This document shows positions 23,651-35,334 of a DNA stretch of 64,000 nt, piece after piece. Location: contig NC_134034.1 in assembly GCF_964204645.1 (NCBI RefSeq), positions 7,104,914 through 7,168,913 of the forward strand, in the 5' to 3' direction. The notes beneath the pieces were generated by a model. The model did not search any database, was not told the DNA's origin, and saw only the letters and a program-made list of their open reading frames with translations. Both the position numbers and the translations under genes were made by a program. This stretch comes from Tubulanus polymorphus (taxonomy: Eukaryota > Animalia > Nemertea). Numbering within the stretch: position 1 is the stretch's first letter; each line of letters begins with the position of its first letter.

Positions 23651-24931
23651 AACTAGGGGTCCAGGGACACCATGCCCACTTGGGAAGTGGTTCCAAATGC
23701 TCAACAATCTAACCATTTCAATATTCAACGCCCCCTGGTGACCATATACAAAAACCAATGACCTTGAAAATCACCACAATCATAGAACATGTCAGCAGCT
23801 TCGATTTTGTAATTGATTGTGATATCAAAATATGCCTCGTTACCAATTTAATATGAAAATACTAAGTTAATCTACTATTTAACGCCCCCTGGTGACAATA
23901 TTCAAAACCCAATGACCTCGAAACTTACCATATTCATAGAACATGTCATGAACTACAACTTTGCAATTGATCATGGTAACAAAATATGCCCAGGTACCAA
24001 TATAATAAGGAAATATTTAGTTATTCTACTATACAACGCCTCCTGGTGACCATAGAGAATAACCAATGTCCTTAAAACTCGCAACAATCATAGATGATGT
24101 CATGAGCTACAACTTTCCAATTGATTGTGGTTACAAAATATGCATAGGTACGAATATACATGTAATATAGAAATGCTAAGATATTGCATTCAACGCCCCG
24201 TGGTGGCCATATTCAAAATCCAATGACCTTGAAACTCACCACAATCATAGAACACGTAATGAGCTACAACTTTCTAAATGATTGTGGTAACAAAATACGC
24301 TTAGGTACCAATATAATGTGGAAAAACTTTTTCCCACTTACGAATGAGTACTGGTGATACCAAGATGGCCGACAATTGCGTCATAATTGGCTGATGAAAA
24401 ATACCTGTCTCAGGTATAAAACATCCCTTTCCAAAGAACACTCATCGCAAAATGCAATGAGAAATGGTAAACCAGTAGGAAGCTACAGGACTCAGAATTC
24501 GGGCCAAAATTAACATTTTTGGGCACTAAAAAATCATAGGACGGCCATCTTGAGACCGATCGTCCCAATTTTTGTTATGCTGATGGGGGGATTCACATAT
24601 ATCCGAAAGATCAAGGTAATTGATCGAAGCGTCTTCAAAATTTCCCTCAATAAGTTCAAAAATGTGTAAAAAGTGCTGATTTTGGCGAACAACAATGGCT
24701 GCCAGTCGGCCATCTTGAATCTGATAGGGCCAGTTTTTGGGCTAAAGATGTGTCTAGGGTAGATACATGCGTAACCCAAATATCAAGACATTACCTTGAA
24801 GCGTCTTTAAAACTTCCCAAAATAACTGGATTCCGTCTACAGACGGACGGACGAACGGACAGACGGGCGGACGACGGACGAAAAGTGAACGCAATAGCTC
24901 GCTGGGACTAAAGTCCCAAGTGGGCTGAAAA
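23651..24931. mobile_element. HINE/Helentron-type element, duplicate
   Basis: Copy of 15009-16290. Confidence 0.75.
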
Positions 24932-25175
24932 GATATTTCTTGGGCTCGATCCTCGCGTTGCATCGCAAGTTTCGGTGCAAGTCGGTTGCGATACAATTGT
25001 TAGCGACTGTGTGCGACTAGTTTCTGCCAGTCGCAAGGGGACCTAGGTCGGATGTGACAGTCGTGTTGCGTCGCAGAAAGTAGAAAACGTGCGACTCCTT
25101 GTGACTTGCGTTGCTGATAGTCGCAAACCGTCGCAAAGGGAGCGTAGGTCGATGAGTCGTTGCGACACAATCGTC

Positions 25176-25369
25176 AGTAATAGGGGTAATGGGCTTTCAT
25201 ACCAAAGGTCGAAAGGTCGAGAAATTTTCCAAATGTAAAAATAACAATAATTTCTACTTGAATTAGTCGCGTACACTCCTAATTCAAGTAGAAATTATTA
25301 TCATTTTAACATTTGGAAAATTTCTTAACCTCTCAACCTTTGATATGAAAGCCCATTACCCCTATTACT
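25176..25369. repeat. Terminal fold-back hairpin (194 bp)
   Basis: AGTAATAGGGGTAATGGGCTTTCATA...TATGAAAGCCCATTACCCCTATTACT, loop GTCGCGTACACTCC. Confidence 0.95.
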
Positions 25370-25651
25370 CTTAAAATAATCATATACATGAATAAAATAT
25401 AAATGAATGACATATATAAGTAATTAGAAAAGTAGGCTTTCAAGCCAGAGTACGAGAGTACGAGCTCTTATAGAATAGATATATAGATATATTTTAAACA
25501 TATTTCAATATTTATATTTGTATGAGTTAGATTGTTAAACATAAAAAGTGTTAGTAAAGTGTGATTGAAATAATTCATATAGATATACACATGAATAACA
25601 TATAAATGAATAACTTCTAAAATCAATTGAGTAAAAAAATATGTATAATAA

Positions 25652-26240
25652 ATGGAATCAGAACAACCACAAACTATCAATATTACAAATAACACTGGTG
25701 CCATAAATATATACTACAAGAAGTGTTCTAAATGTGAATTAGATAAATTAGCTATAACAGAATTTAGTAAGCGTAAGATTAGCAAAGATGGTTTTCAATA
25801 TTGCTGTAAAACTTGTTTTAAACTATATACCAAACAATACCGAGAAGATAATAGAGAAGCTTACAATGATTATATGACAGAATATATGAGAGAAAGATAT
25901 AAAACAGATCTTAATTTTTAGATTGAAAAAATGCTTAAGATCTAGATTAACACAATTATTCAACAAAGAAACACATTCAGAAACACTATCTAATTTATTG
26001 GGTTGTTCAGATAAATTCTTAAAATCATGGATAATATATCAGTTTAATGATAAAATGAATATCGATAATTATGGTGAATACTTTCATATTGATCACGTGT
26101 TGCCGATTTCTAAATTTGACATGAGTGATGATTATAATAAGAAGCTAATCTGGAACTGGAGAAATTTAAGACCTTTAGAAAAGAAAGAAAATATAATTAA
26201 ATCTAACAAACTAGATATGAAATTTAGATCAACTAGATAA
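25652..26240 (+). pseudogene. HNH endonuclease with N-terminal CxxC...CxxC Zn ribbon, frameshifted
   Basis: KKCSKC...EFSKRKISKDGFQYCCKTC and HIDHVLP...NLRPL...N. Confidence 0.85.
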
Positions 26241-26351
26241 AGCAAAGACACAGTTCTAAATCTAAATGTGAGTACATATATTATGAAGTAGGGAAACCTT
26301 TAAACATATTTAAGTACAGTAATTCATTTTCACGATATCGTTTAGATTAAA

Positions 26352-27059
26352 ATGGAACACAAAGATGAACCAGAAATTCTAAGCCAACCATCGGGTGAGG
26401 AACGATTGCTACTGGATAGTGAAACTCAGGAATCAATAGAAATGGAGGATGAAACTCTCGTAATTGACGAACAAACTTCACAAAAATTACAAGAACATTT
26501 GGACTATTATCAAAAAATGGTGAAAATTCTGAGTGATGTAATACATATTAAACAATTACCGCGCGAACTACAATTACCAAAATTACCAGCAACGCGACTT
26601 AAATTGCTGTTGGGACTCAAAAAATCGAAAACTAAGAAAATGAGTGGAGAAGAGTTGAACGAGTTTTTAAAATCTAAATTAATCATTGACACAGAACATT
26701 TAAACTTTCCAGAAATACAAAGTGTAGAAGTTATTTCATTTGCTGAAATTACTGATATCTTAAAAAAAGTTATAAAACCATATTAAATAGAAAAGCAAAT
26801 CACCTATGGGACCACATCATTTTCGGGGGTTATCTAAATATAGGGTTTTCAATGTTTGATAAAGAAACTGCGGGGATGTGGGTTAAAAAGAACATAGATA
26901 TCAGTGCCGGCTTTGAAAGAAAACTGAGGAGAGTAGGTAGATTAATAAAATATGAAAATATTAGGATTAGCATTTAGTGAAGTAGTCAGATATTTACCAG
27001 AAATTGAAGAAATGATTGGAAACAATCCAGTAATTAAATAATTCTGGACAAAATTATAA
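26352..27059 (+). pseudogene. Polinton hypothetical protein (diverged homologue of 48136-48852), frameshifted
   Basis: Shares the ETxxIDE, HxDYY, LPKxP and ERKLRGxG segments with the 48136 gene and occupies the same position. Confidence 0.65.
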
Positions 27060-27155
27060 ATTATAACACTGAAGGTCTTTGTAATATAGATATCAAAAAA
27101 TGTAATCTCGATTGTATATATCTGTTTTAATATTGTATTGTTTACTGTTAACTAA

Positions 27156-27375
27156 GTATTGCGCAATAAGCGGTCCGTTTGGACCGCTTTTCTATTGTTC
27201 TCCATTGTTCTATTATCGATCGTTGTTAATGGCGGAGGTTGTTCTGTATTGATTGTTTACAGTTCTATGTTTGAATGTTGTAGTTTACAGAATAAAAATA
27301 TAACTGTGTATTGCGCAATAACCGGTCCGATTGGGCCGCTTTTCTATTGTTCTCCATTGTTCTATTATCGATCGC
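27156..27375. repeat. Two direct repeats (~65 bp), each with a GCGGTCC/GGACCGC-type hairpin
   Basis: GTATTGCGCAATAAnCGGTCCG...CCGCTTTTCTATTGTTCTCCATTGTTCTATTATCGATCG at ~27156 and ~27308. Confidence 0.75.
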
Positions 27376-27944
27376 TAAAATTTACATAATAAATATATTT
27401 GTTTATGAAATAATATTTCCACCAGTCGTTTCGTTGAATTGATTTTCAGTTATATTCAGCTATTGTTAATATCGCAGTGACAGATGTTGTATTGTACTTT
27501 ATTGATTCCTGCATTCCACGATTACCTTACCGCTCCTCTCAGGAGCGGCTTGGAATGTGGAAATCGATAATGATTGTAGAATAAAATATATGTGTGTTTA
27601 TGAAATAGTATTTCCACCAGTCGTTTCTTTGAATTTATTTTCAGTTTTAGGATTTATTATCGAGAATCCGAAATGACTTATCTGGACAGTTATAGTTACC
27701 GCTCCTATAGATAGACAATAGTAGTGTGATATTAAATCCTAATTTAAATAAAAAATATTAAAAAAACAACTAGCTAGTGAATTCTATTATATTTTTAATA
27801 TTTTCTTTTGGTAATTCTAATTGACACTAGACTAAATAGAAATTCTTTAACTTTAACTAACCTAGTCAATTTAGAGATAAAAGAGATACTGGCATCATTC
27901 TATAATACTTATAATATTTTTTTTAGCTTTTTCCTCTAATATAA

Positions 27945-28553
27945 ATGTCAAAGAAATCGAGTAAGAATAATGCCGATATTGAAAAAACATTAGATGATTT
28001 AGGTATTAGTGATAATAAGGATATTCCGACCAGAATTGAAAATAATATTCAAGTCAATAACAATATAGATTATGAATACTATTTATATTGTAAACACCAT
28101 CTTGAGTTACTAATTGCTGGCGGGAAATCTAAGGAGTTTTTAAATAGAATCATTACTTTTCAAGAATTAGACTCTATGAAACCCGATAACGTAATAAAAT
28201 ATTTTAAGATTTATGAAGAAGCTAGATTAGCTAGAATAAATGATTCTATTTCAGATGGTATTGTCAAATGTTATTCTAAGTTATGTAACCGGTTAATACC
28301 AATTGATGATGAAAATAAATTATATAGTGATTTGAAAAATGACTACTTAGTTATGACTGAATTACAAAAATGGGTTGGTTTTGCTTCATTTCAATTAGGA
28401 TCGGTTATGACATTAATTTCTACTGGTGTCATAACATTTTCGAATATCAAACCTATGGAATATAAATCAGGTAAGAACGAAACAGATGTACTACAACCAA
28501 ACGGCGAAACAGAAAATGAATCAGAACAAAAATTAACTAAAATAAATGAGTGA
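27945..28553 (+). CDS. Polinton hypothetical protein (MSKKS family) with a hydrophobic C-terminal segment
   Basis: Intact 202-aa ORF, present in the B, outer and inner elements, ATAAATG start. Confidence 0.8.
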   Translation: MSKKSSKNNADIEKTLDDLGISDNKDIPTRIENNIQVNNNIDYEYYLYCKHHLELLIAGGKSKEFLNRIITFQELDSMKPDNVIKYFKIYEEARLARINDSISDGIVKCYSKLCNRLIPIDDENKLYSDLKNDYLVMTELQKWVGFASFQLGSVMTLISTGVITFSNIKPMEYKSGKNETDVLQPNGETENESEQKLTKINE

Positions 28554-28900
28554 TGGCGTGATCCGAGAAACAAATTAAATGGGCAAGAGAATTGGGTGAA
28601 AGATCTGCAGAATTAAAAAAAGCTAAGAAAAAGAAATTAACTGATATAAATGAATCACAGAAATTATCTGATATTGATTCAAATAATAATCCATCTGATT
28701 CTTCTAATAGTGGAAGAAATAATTACTTATATATTACAATTGGGTTAATCACAATTATTATATTCTCTGGTGTAATATATAAATCAAAATTCAAATCTGA
28801 TGATAAAGATGATTCCAATGATAATAAACCTATCATACCAGAAAATAAATCAAATCATAAAGTCATTGAAACTAAATCTAAATTATTGTTAATGGATTAA
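28546..28900 (+). pseudogene. Small basic protein with one predicted TM helix (5' part damaged)
   Basis: Homologue of 50110-50478, with hydrophobic YLYITIGLITIIIFSGVIY. Confidence 0.7.
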
Positions 28901-28906
28901 AAAAAG

Positions 28907-29975
28907 ATGAAAAAAGAACAATATTTAAGAGATCTATATTATAACCCAGAGAGTCAAGTATCATATTCTAGCGTTTCAGAATTATGAGATAAAATTAAAT
29001 CTGATAATGAAAATATAAAATATAGTGAACTAAGATTGTGGTTACAAAATCAACCAACATATCAAATCCACAAGAAAATAGATAAAACTTATTTAACAAG
29101 AAAAGTTATGGTTTCATATATCGATCAACAATGGCAAGCAGATTTAATTGACATGAAGAACTTAGAAGAACACAACAAAGGATATTTCTGGATACTGAAT
29201 GTTATAGACATATTCAGTAGATACGCATGGTCAATTCCAATCAAAAATAAAACTGGTATAGAAGTGACAAATGCTTTTAAATCAATATTTAAAGAAGCTA
29301 TTCCAGATAAGATACAATTTGATGAAGGTAAGGAATTTTATAACAAACATTTAAAAAAATTATTATTTGATTTCGATGTAGAATATAGAACACACTCAGA
29401 TAAAAAAGCATCTATTATAGAAAGATTTAATAAAACATTGAAAACTAGAATGTGAAAATATTTTAATGCTAATGAAACATATGAATATATCGATGTGTTA
29501 GATGATTTAGTGAAAGGTTATAATAATTCTAAACATAGTTCTATAAATATGAAACCTATACAAGCTAGAAAAGAAGATAATTCAGAAATAGTTTGGAATA
29601 ATTTATATGGAGCATTTGTTACACATGATTTTGGAGAACCTAAATTTAAGATGGGACAACACGTAAGAAAAAACATTTTATAAAGGTTATACCCCTAATT
29701 TTACAGAAGAAATATTCAAGATTAAAAAGATAATATTAACTAAACCATTTGTTTATAAACTAGAAGATCTAAAAGATGAAGAAATATTAGGTTATTTCTA
29801 TGAACAAGAATTATCACTTGTACCAAATCCAGATGAAATAGAATACAAAATAGAAAAAGTATTGAAAACAAAAACTCATAAAGGAAAAAAGTATTCTTTA
29901 GTGAAATATAAAGGATACGATGATAAATTTAATGAATGGATTTTATCTAGTAAAATTAAAAGAATAAATGAATAA
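28907..29975 (+). pseudogene. rve integrase with chromodomain; stops and a frameshift
   Basis: QWQADLIDM, FDEGKEF, IERFNKTLK and a C-terminal chromodomain. Confidence 0.93.
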
Positions 29976-30250
29976 AGATTTATTTATATTTGAACCGCAT
30001 AATATGTTAATAACTGGAGTAACTAATTGTGGTAAAATACATTTCATATTAGATTTGTTACAAACTATTTATAAGAATCATTTTGATTCTATTGTGTCCT
30101 ACTTATGAAATGAATAAAACATATAATAGAGATATAGTTAAGATAAAAAAGTTTATTATATTAGATCCTAAAACAGTAAAAGAAAATTTAGATAATTGTA
30201 TTAAAATAGCAATTGATACTTATAAAGGATTAAATACATTATTCATTATA
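29968..30250 (+). pseudogene. Packaging ATPase, 5' half
   Basis: Walker A ITGVTNCGK. Interrupted just before the Walker B DD. Confidence 0.88.
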
Positions 30251-33200
30251 AACACATTATTATTCGAAAATGGAATTATTAAATTCATGGATTCAATTGT
30301 AAAGCTGAAAAAAAGAAAACGGTTATGCTTCGGTCAAAAGAATGATAGATAATTTGTTACCTAGCAGTGCGGGTTTGGATAGAACGTGTGATTCAGCTGT
30401 TAGCACTGACCGAGGCTACAATATTGTAACCTAGGTCGGTTCACTGCACAACTTTTTTTGTAAACACTGACCGAGGCTACAATATTGTAGCCTAGGTCGG
30501 TTCACTGCATGACCTTTGCTTGCGATTACTGGCCCAACCCCAGTCGGTTGTTTTTACAGTATTTGAAGTAGGCTACTGGCCAATTGGATGTTACCATAAA
30601 TAAACAGTATTTTGAAGATGTGCTGACAGAGAGAATCTGTTTTTATTTCGTCTTGAGAAGGTCCTACTGTTCGCTATTCTGTGTCAAAATATGAATTGAA
30701 ATATAAAGGATGGAGTTAGTTTCCTTTCCCGATACTGTATTTATGCTTTTAATCATGAAGGATAATTATGTTATAGCAATTATAGTGATAACCTACGACA
30801 GTTTCAAATTCACGTATTAGAAAACGACAATTATCTTTAAATTCCAAATTTCATTTGGAAAGCGGCGTTTATGCGCACAATTCCTAAAATGTCAGAATTC
30901 CGAAAACTAGGGATTCACACGGTTAGAATGTTAACTAAATAAGTTTCGTCCGAGCAAATGATTACTATAAGAAACTAACGGCGAAACTTCACGGGTTGGT
31001 GCGATCTGTGCGCTGCATGAACGGGTTTTTGGTATCAAATGTAAAATATCGGCCGTGTACATGTTCGGATTTGTATCGATACATTGAGTTTAGTTCAATT
31101 TTTTTATCATTATAGTTTAGGAGCTCTGTGTGACGTCACTGAGCGCGCTGATCAAAAATAGTCTGCACACTGTGAGCATCAAAATTGCTTAGTTTTAAAG
31201 GACAGTGTGCTAATTGACTATACATGAAAATGGGCTTGACCAAAATTCTCTTCCTGACAGAGGAATGTATAATCGCACTGATATAGCTGTCTTGCTAGGT
31301 TGAAGGGTGTTTGAACTTCGCCGAATTCAGTTAAAATTCAATGAAATACCATAATTAATAAAATCTTATTGACGGAAATTTACCGCTATATCTAAGTTAT
31401 TTTTCAGTGCATTTTAAAATTACATTGAATTCATCGTTCGAGGTCAATGATGGCGCAAAACAATTTAAATTGAGTCCAGTTGGGAGAATATTCCCTTACT
31501 TTAGGGTGATTTAGTATTTTATGAATCAAGAAATTATTTACAATGGACTAATCGTCCGCTAGCAGCAAAACAGCACACTGTTATCTGAACTGTCAATCAT
31601 TACGTCGTTTCTAGTTTAACAAGTAGATATAGACTAAAAAAGGATCAAACAAGACGGTTGTTAGTGGACGTACTCAAGTTGGATGGTCAGGAGTCAACAA
31701 CGGTTTAAATAATTTATAAAAACAGATGTAAGCAGTTGTAAACTTGTGAACAGAGGAAATACCAACATATATACACAATTGTGTCTAACTTTCTCCTGTG
31801 TGGTTTTATGTTAAATATATATTTTGTTCGAATAAATATTCAAATATCGATCCGGAAGAGCAATGCGGCCAACAACATTTTATTTTGAGTTTGAAAAAAT
31901 GACCTGTTGACTCGGTAAGACGGCTGTTCGATTTACCGGGTGCTCACTACTATGTTTTAAATGGCTATGAAAACGGAGTCGAACCAAGAACAGCAATTAA
32001 GCTTGATGTCTCGTTTCCCTCACAGATGACATATATCAGGATCAGTTTTCTCAAAATCTGTTTCTTATCGAAGTCCTTGATTCGTGCTTGAATGAGATAT
32101 ACATAAGATTTTACAAATGAACACAAAGATATAACAAGAATTGAGGTCTTGGTTATTCGGTGACAAGTCGAATCGTTTGGAACTAAGAAAAATCCTCAGA
32201 CTTAGAAAAGTCTGACTTAAGTTGAATTTCCGAAAAAGTACGACTACTAATTTGTTCCTGTTATCGGAAATTAAATCAACATCTACATCTAATGTATCTA
32301 TTGATACGAAACGGTTTAGGACGTAGATTGATTGAAAGTTACGGAGAGGGAGGGGTAGCTCTATCGCATTAAAACATTATTGCTCAGTTATACATATGGC
32401 ATTCATCCATTTAGCTCAAACAACAAACACACTTCTGCGCAGAGAAATACCAAGGCTATATATGCTTAATTATGTTTTTCATTGATACAGACAATAAAAT
32501 CGCTGTCCGCGTTTTGTCCCCTTGCTTATAAGTCACGTTTGTTATCTAATGCAAATTAATAAAGGTCAGCAGAATTTAAGGGCTTTCACCGTTGAGTAGT
32601 AGCCTATCTGTCATGGGGCCTGATCATGCACATGTGTTATATTAGAAATACAATATAGCTTTTCAATTTTTTAGGCGAAACGTTGCTTTAAATATATTCG
32701 CCGCGTCTTGATTTTCTTGAGGGATTTCTCTTGATTGTTAAAACAATATCAAATCATCCTGTCTCAAAAAGTATGAAACCTAGAAATATGTAGCCAATTT
32801 GGAATTGGATGAAATGTTCAAATTCAAAATAAGCCATTCGACCCTGTTATCAAACATATCGGTGTTCTTTAAAACACTTGTTAAATATCGGAGGATTTTT
32901 AAGCCGAGCTTCAAACATTTCGATTCCTGAACTAAAATGATTATGTGGCATGTAATTATCCAAGACTATGAATATGTTTTAGGTGACCGTTTAAGGTGTT
33001 CCTTTTATCCGGGAAGGATTTGTTTCAATCTCACTTTTAAGATATCAAAAGATCACTATGAAAAGTAACGGTATCGAGTGATCGCTGGCAGATGTAGCAG
33101 TTAAAATCGCCGCACGTGTTAAATGTTTGCATTGATACAGGCGATTAGAGGGACACATGGCATCAACTGCATATAAAACAGTAGATAGATTTCTGGAGAT

Positions 33201-33589
33201 TTAAAGTTTGGATGCTCTGATGAACTCTATCAGCTGTTGGTTGGTTAAAGCATAGCAGTGCTAAATTTCTATGTTATAGTACATTGCAGGTGACCCAAAT
33301 GATTGCCTGGATACTATAAACCTGGTACCTACGAGCATGGACTCTTTTAGATGGATATCTGGACGTTATAGTACAGTGTTCATGACTATAGAACCAGGTG
33401 ACCCGAATTCCCCACCTGCCTGAAAATCTCATAGCGGAGGTAACGCGTATATCTTTGCTGCACACCGATCTCCTTGAAAGGTCAAAATGGTATTTTTGTG
33501 AAGAAGTTCACGGGCCGCTCCATCTGATTTAACACAGGGTACATAAATATTTAACTAATACTTTTAAACAAGATTTCTTCAGAATAAAA

Positions 33590-34752
33590 ACTACGTCCAA
33601 ATATCTGGCTAAAGTACTCCCCGGCTCTGGGTACTTTTTCTGATTCTCACATTCGGCACAATATGGATCTTTTAGACTAACTCAAAAATCTCAAACCTAA
33701 TGGCCAAAAATTTATATGTTTCGACGCTATATCCCTGTTCACAAATATACCATTGGAACCAACTCTCAATTTATTAAGAAGAAAACTCCCGGACTCCAAT
33801 CTTGATCTCCCGGTTCCTGTAGATTGCTTACTTGAACTTTTGGCTAATCTTTTCCTTGAACATTTTGAATGCGAAATTCTTCCGAAATTACGCTGGCTCT
33901 AAACCTAACTTTTGGATTGGATGTGTTGATGACATTCTGTGCTTAGTTTCTGATGATTTTGATCTTAACTCTTTTATTGACTTTATCAACTCTCAATATC
34001 CATCTTTGAAATTCACATTTGAATGTGAAAAAAATGACCAAATCCCGTTTTTAGATGTTCTAATTCACAATAAATACTCTCATTTGTTTTTTTTAAGGCC
34101 TCTTACTCCGTGCACTGCGAATTTCCGATGAAACCTCCCTTTCGGCTGAATTTGACCACATATCCAACTCTCTTAAAAAAATGGCTTATCCTGGTCACAT
34201 TTTGAAAATCGCTATTTCTAAGGCTAAACGTACTTTCTTTAATTCTAAACCTCCAGAAAATAAAAAACACATTTCAGAATTCATTGTAGTTCCGTATGTA
34301 CCTGTTTTGGAAAAGTTTCGTCACTCTCTCCCTTTATTGGATAGACAAATCATTTCACGTATGAAAACAAAATTAGCAAGACTTTGGTAAAAAAAAATCA
34401 ATCTAAACCTTTGGACTGCAGAGTTTACACAATTCCTCGTTTTGGCTGTGCTAAAATGTACTTTGGAGAAACTGGTCGTGATTTAAAAACTCGAATTTCG
34501 GAACACAAAAAGGATACGATAAATCAAAAACCGGCTAGTGGTGTAGCCAATCATGTTTGGAACACTGGTCATCGTTTTAATTTTGATAAAGCCGAAATCA
34601 TTTATACTTCCAGCAATTACACTAAACGCCACACAGTTGAGTCTGCCCTAATTACTCGTCACTCAGATATTAGTACCAATTTAAATAATGGCTTTTCTCC
34701 TCACAATTCCCTTCTTTCTAAGTATATTACTTCATGCCTTGCCAAACACTAA
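33590..34752 (+). pseudogene. Penelope-like retroelement RT plus GIY-YIG endonuclease, 5'-truncated and degraded; 3' end continues at 51837 to ~51960
   Basis: FDAISLFTNIP, LANLFLEHFE, CVDDIL, LKFTFECEKNDQIPFLDV and VYTIP...YFGETGRDLKTRISEH. Confidence 0.9.
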
Positions 34753-34790
34753 TTATTTACTCACTCACCAATTTACTCAATTAACCTGTT

Positions 34791-34977
34791 AGTAATAGGG
34801 GTAATAGGCTTTCAGGCCAAAGGTCGAAGGGTCGAGCTCGTAAAAATGATAATAACAATAATTTCCAGCTGAATTAGTCGCGCACACTCCTAATTCAACT
34901 GGAAATTATTGTTATTTTCATTTTTTACTCACTCGCCCCTTCAACCTTTAACCTGAAAGCCTATTACCCCTATTACT
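34791..34977. repeat. Terminal fold-back hairpin (187 bp)
   Basis: AGTAATAGGGGTAATAGGCTTTCAGG...CCTGAAAGCCTATTACCCCTATTACT, loop GTCGCGCACACTCC. Confidence 0.95.
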
Positions 34978-34989
34978 CTTAAAATATTC

Positions 34990-35111
<122 letters not shown>

Positions 35112-35334
35112 ATAATTTACATGAATAACGTTCAAATTGACAGATTATTCAATATAAAAGTGTAAGCTCTTATAGAATAGATATATAGATATACAAATAG
35201 TTATTTTATAAACTTATATTTGTATGAATTAGATTTTTAAACATTAAAAGTGTTAGTAAAGTGTGATTGAAATAGTACATGATATAAATCATTGAACTTC
35301 TAAAATCAATTTTAATAAAAAATTTAGTATTAAA

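Larger units (their letters stand above)
17343..25985 (+). repeat. Tandem segmental duplication, copy 2, lacking ~2135 bp (equivalent to ~12524-14658)
   Basis: Junction CAGAAACA|GTAAAATTAGGGG at 17343 with CA microhomology. Deletion junction ACAAGAA|AAATTTGGTTG at ~23300. Confidence 0.93.

Noticed and set aside
30083-30352. 89-aa ORF as a separate gene
   Set aside because: It is ATPase sequence reading through into the inserted element's TIR.
30404-30510. Palindromic 37-bp repeats as a mini-CRISPR
   Set aside because: Only two copies, mirrored at 56579-56677, so they are transposon subterminal boxes.
31190-31215. TTAAAGGGACAGTG as a Kolobok-like MITE end
   Set aside because: No matching opposite end was found by eye.
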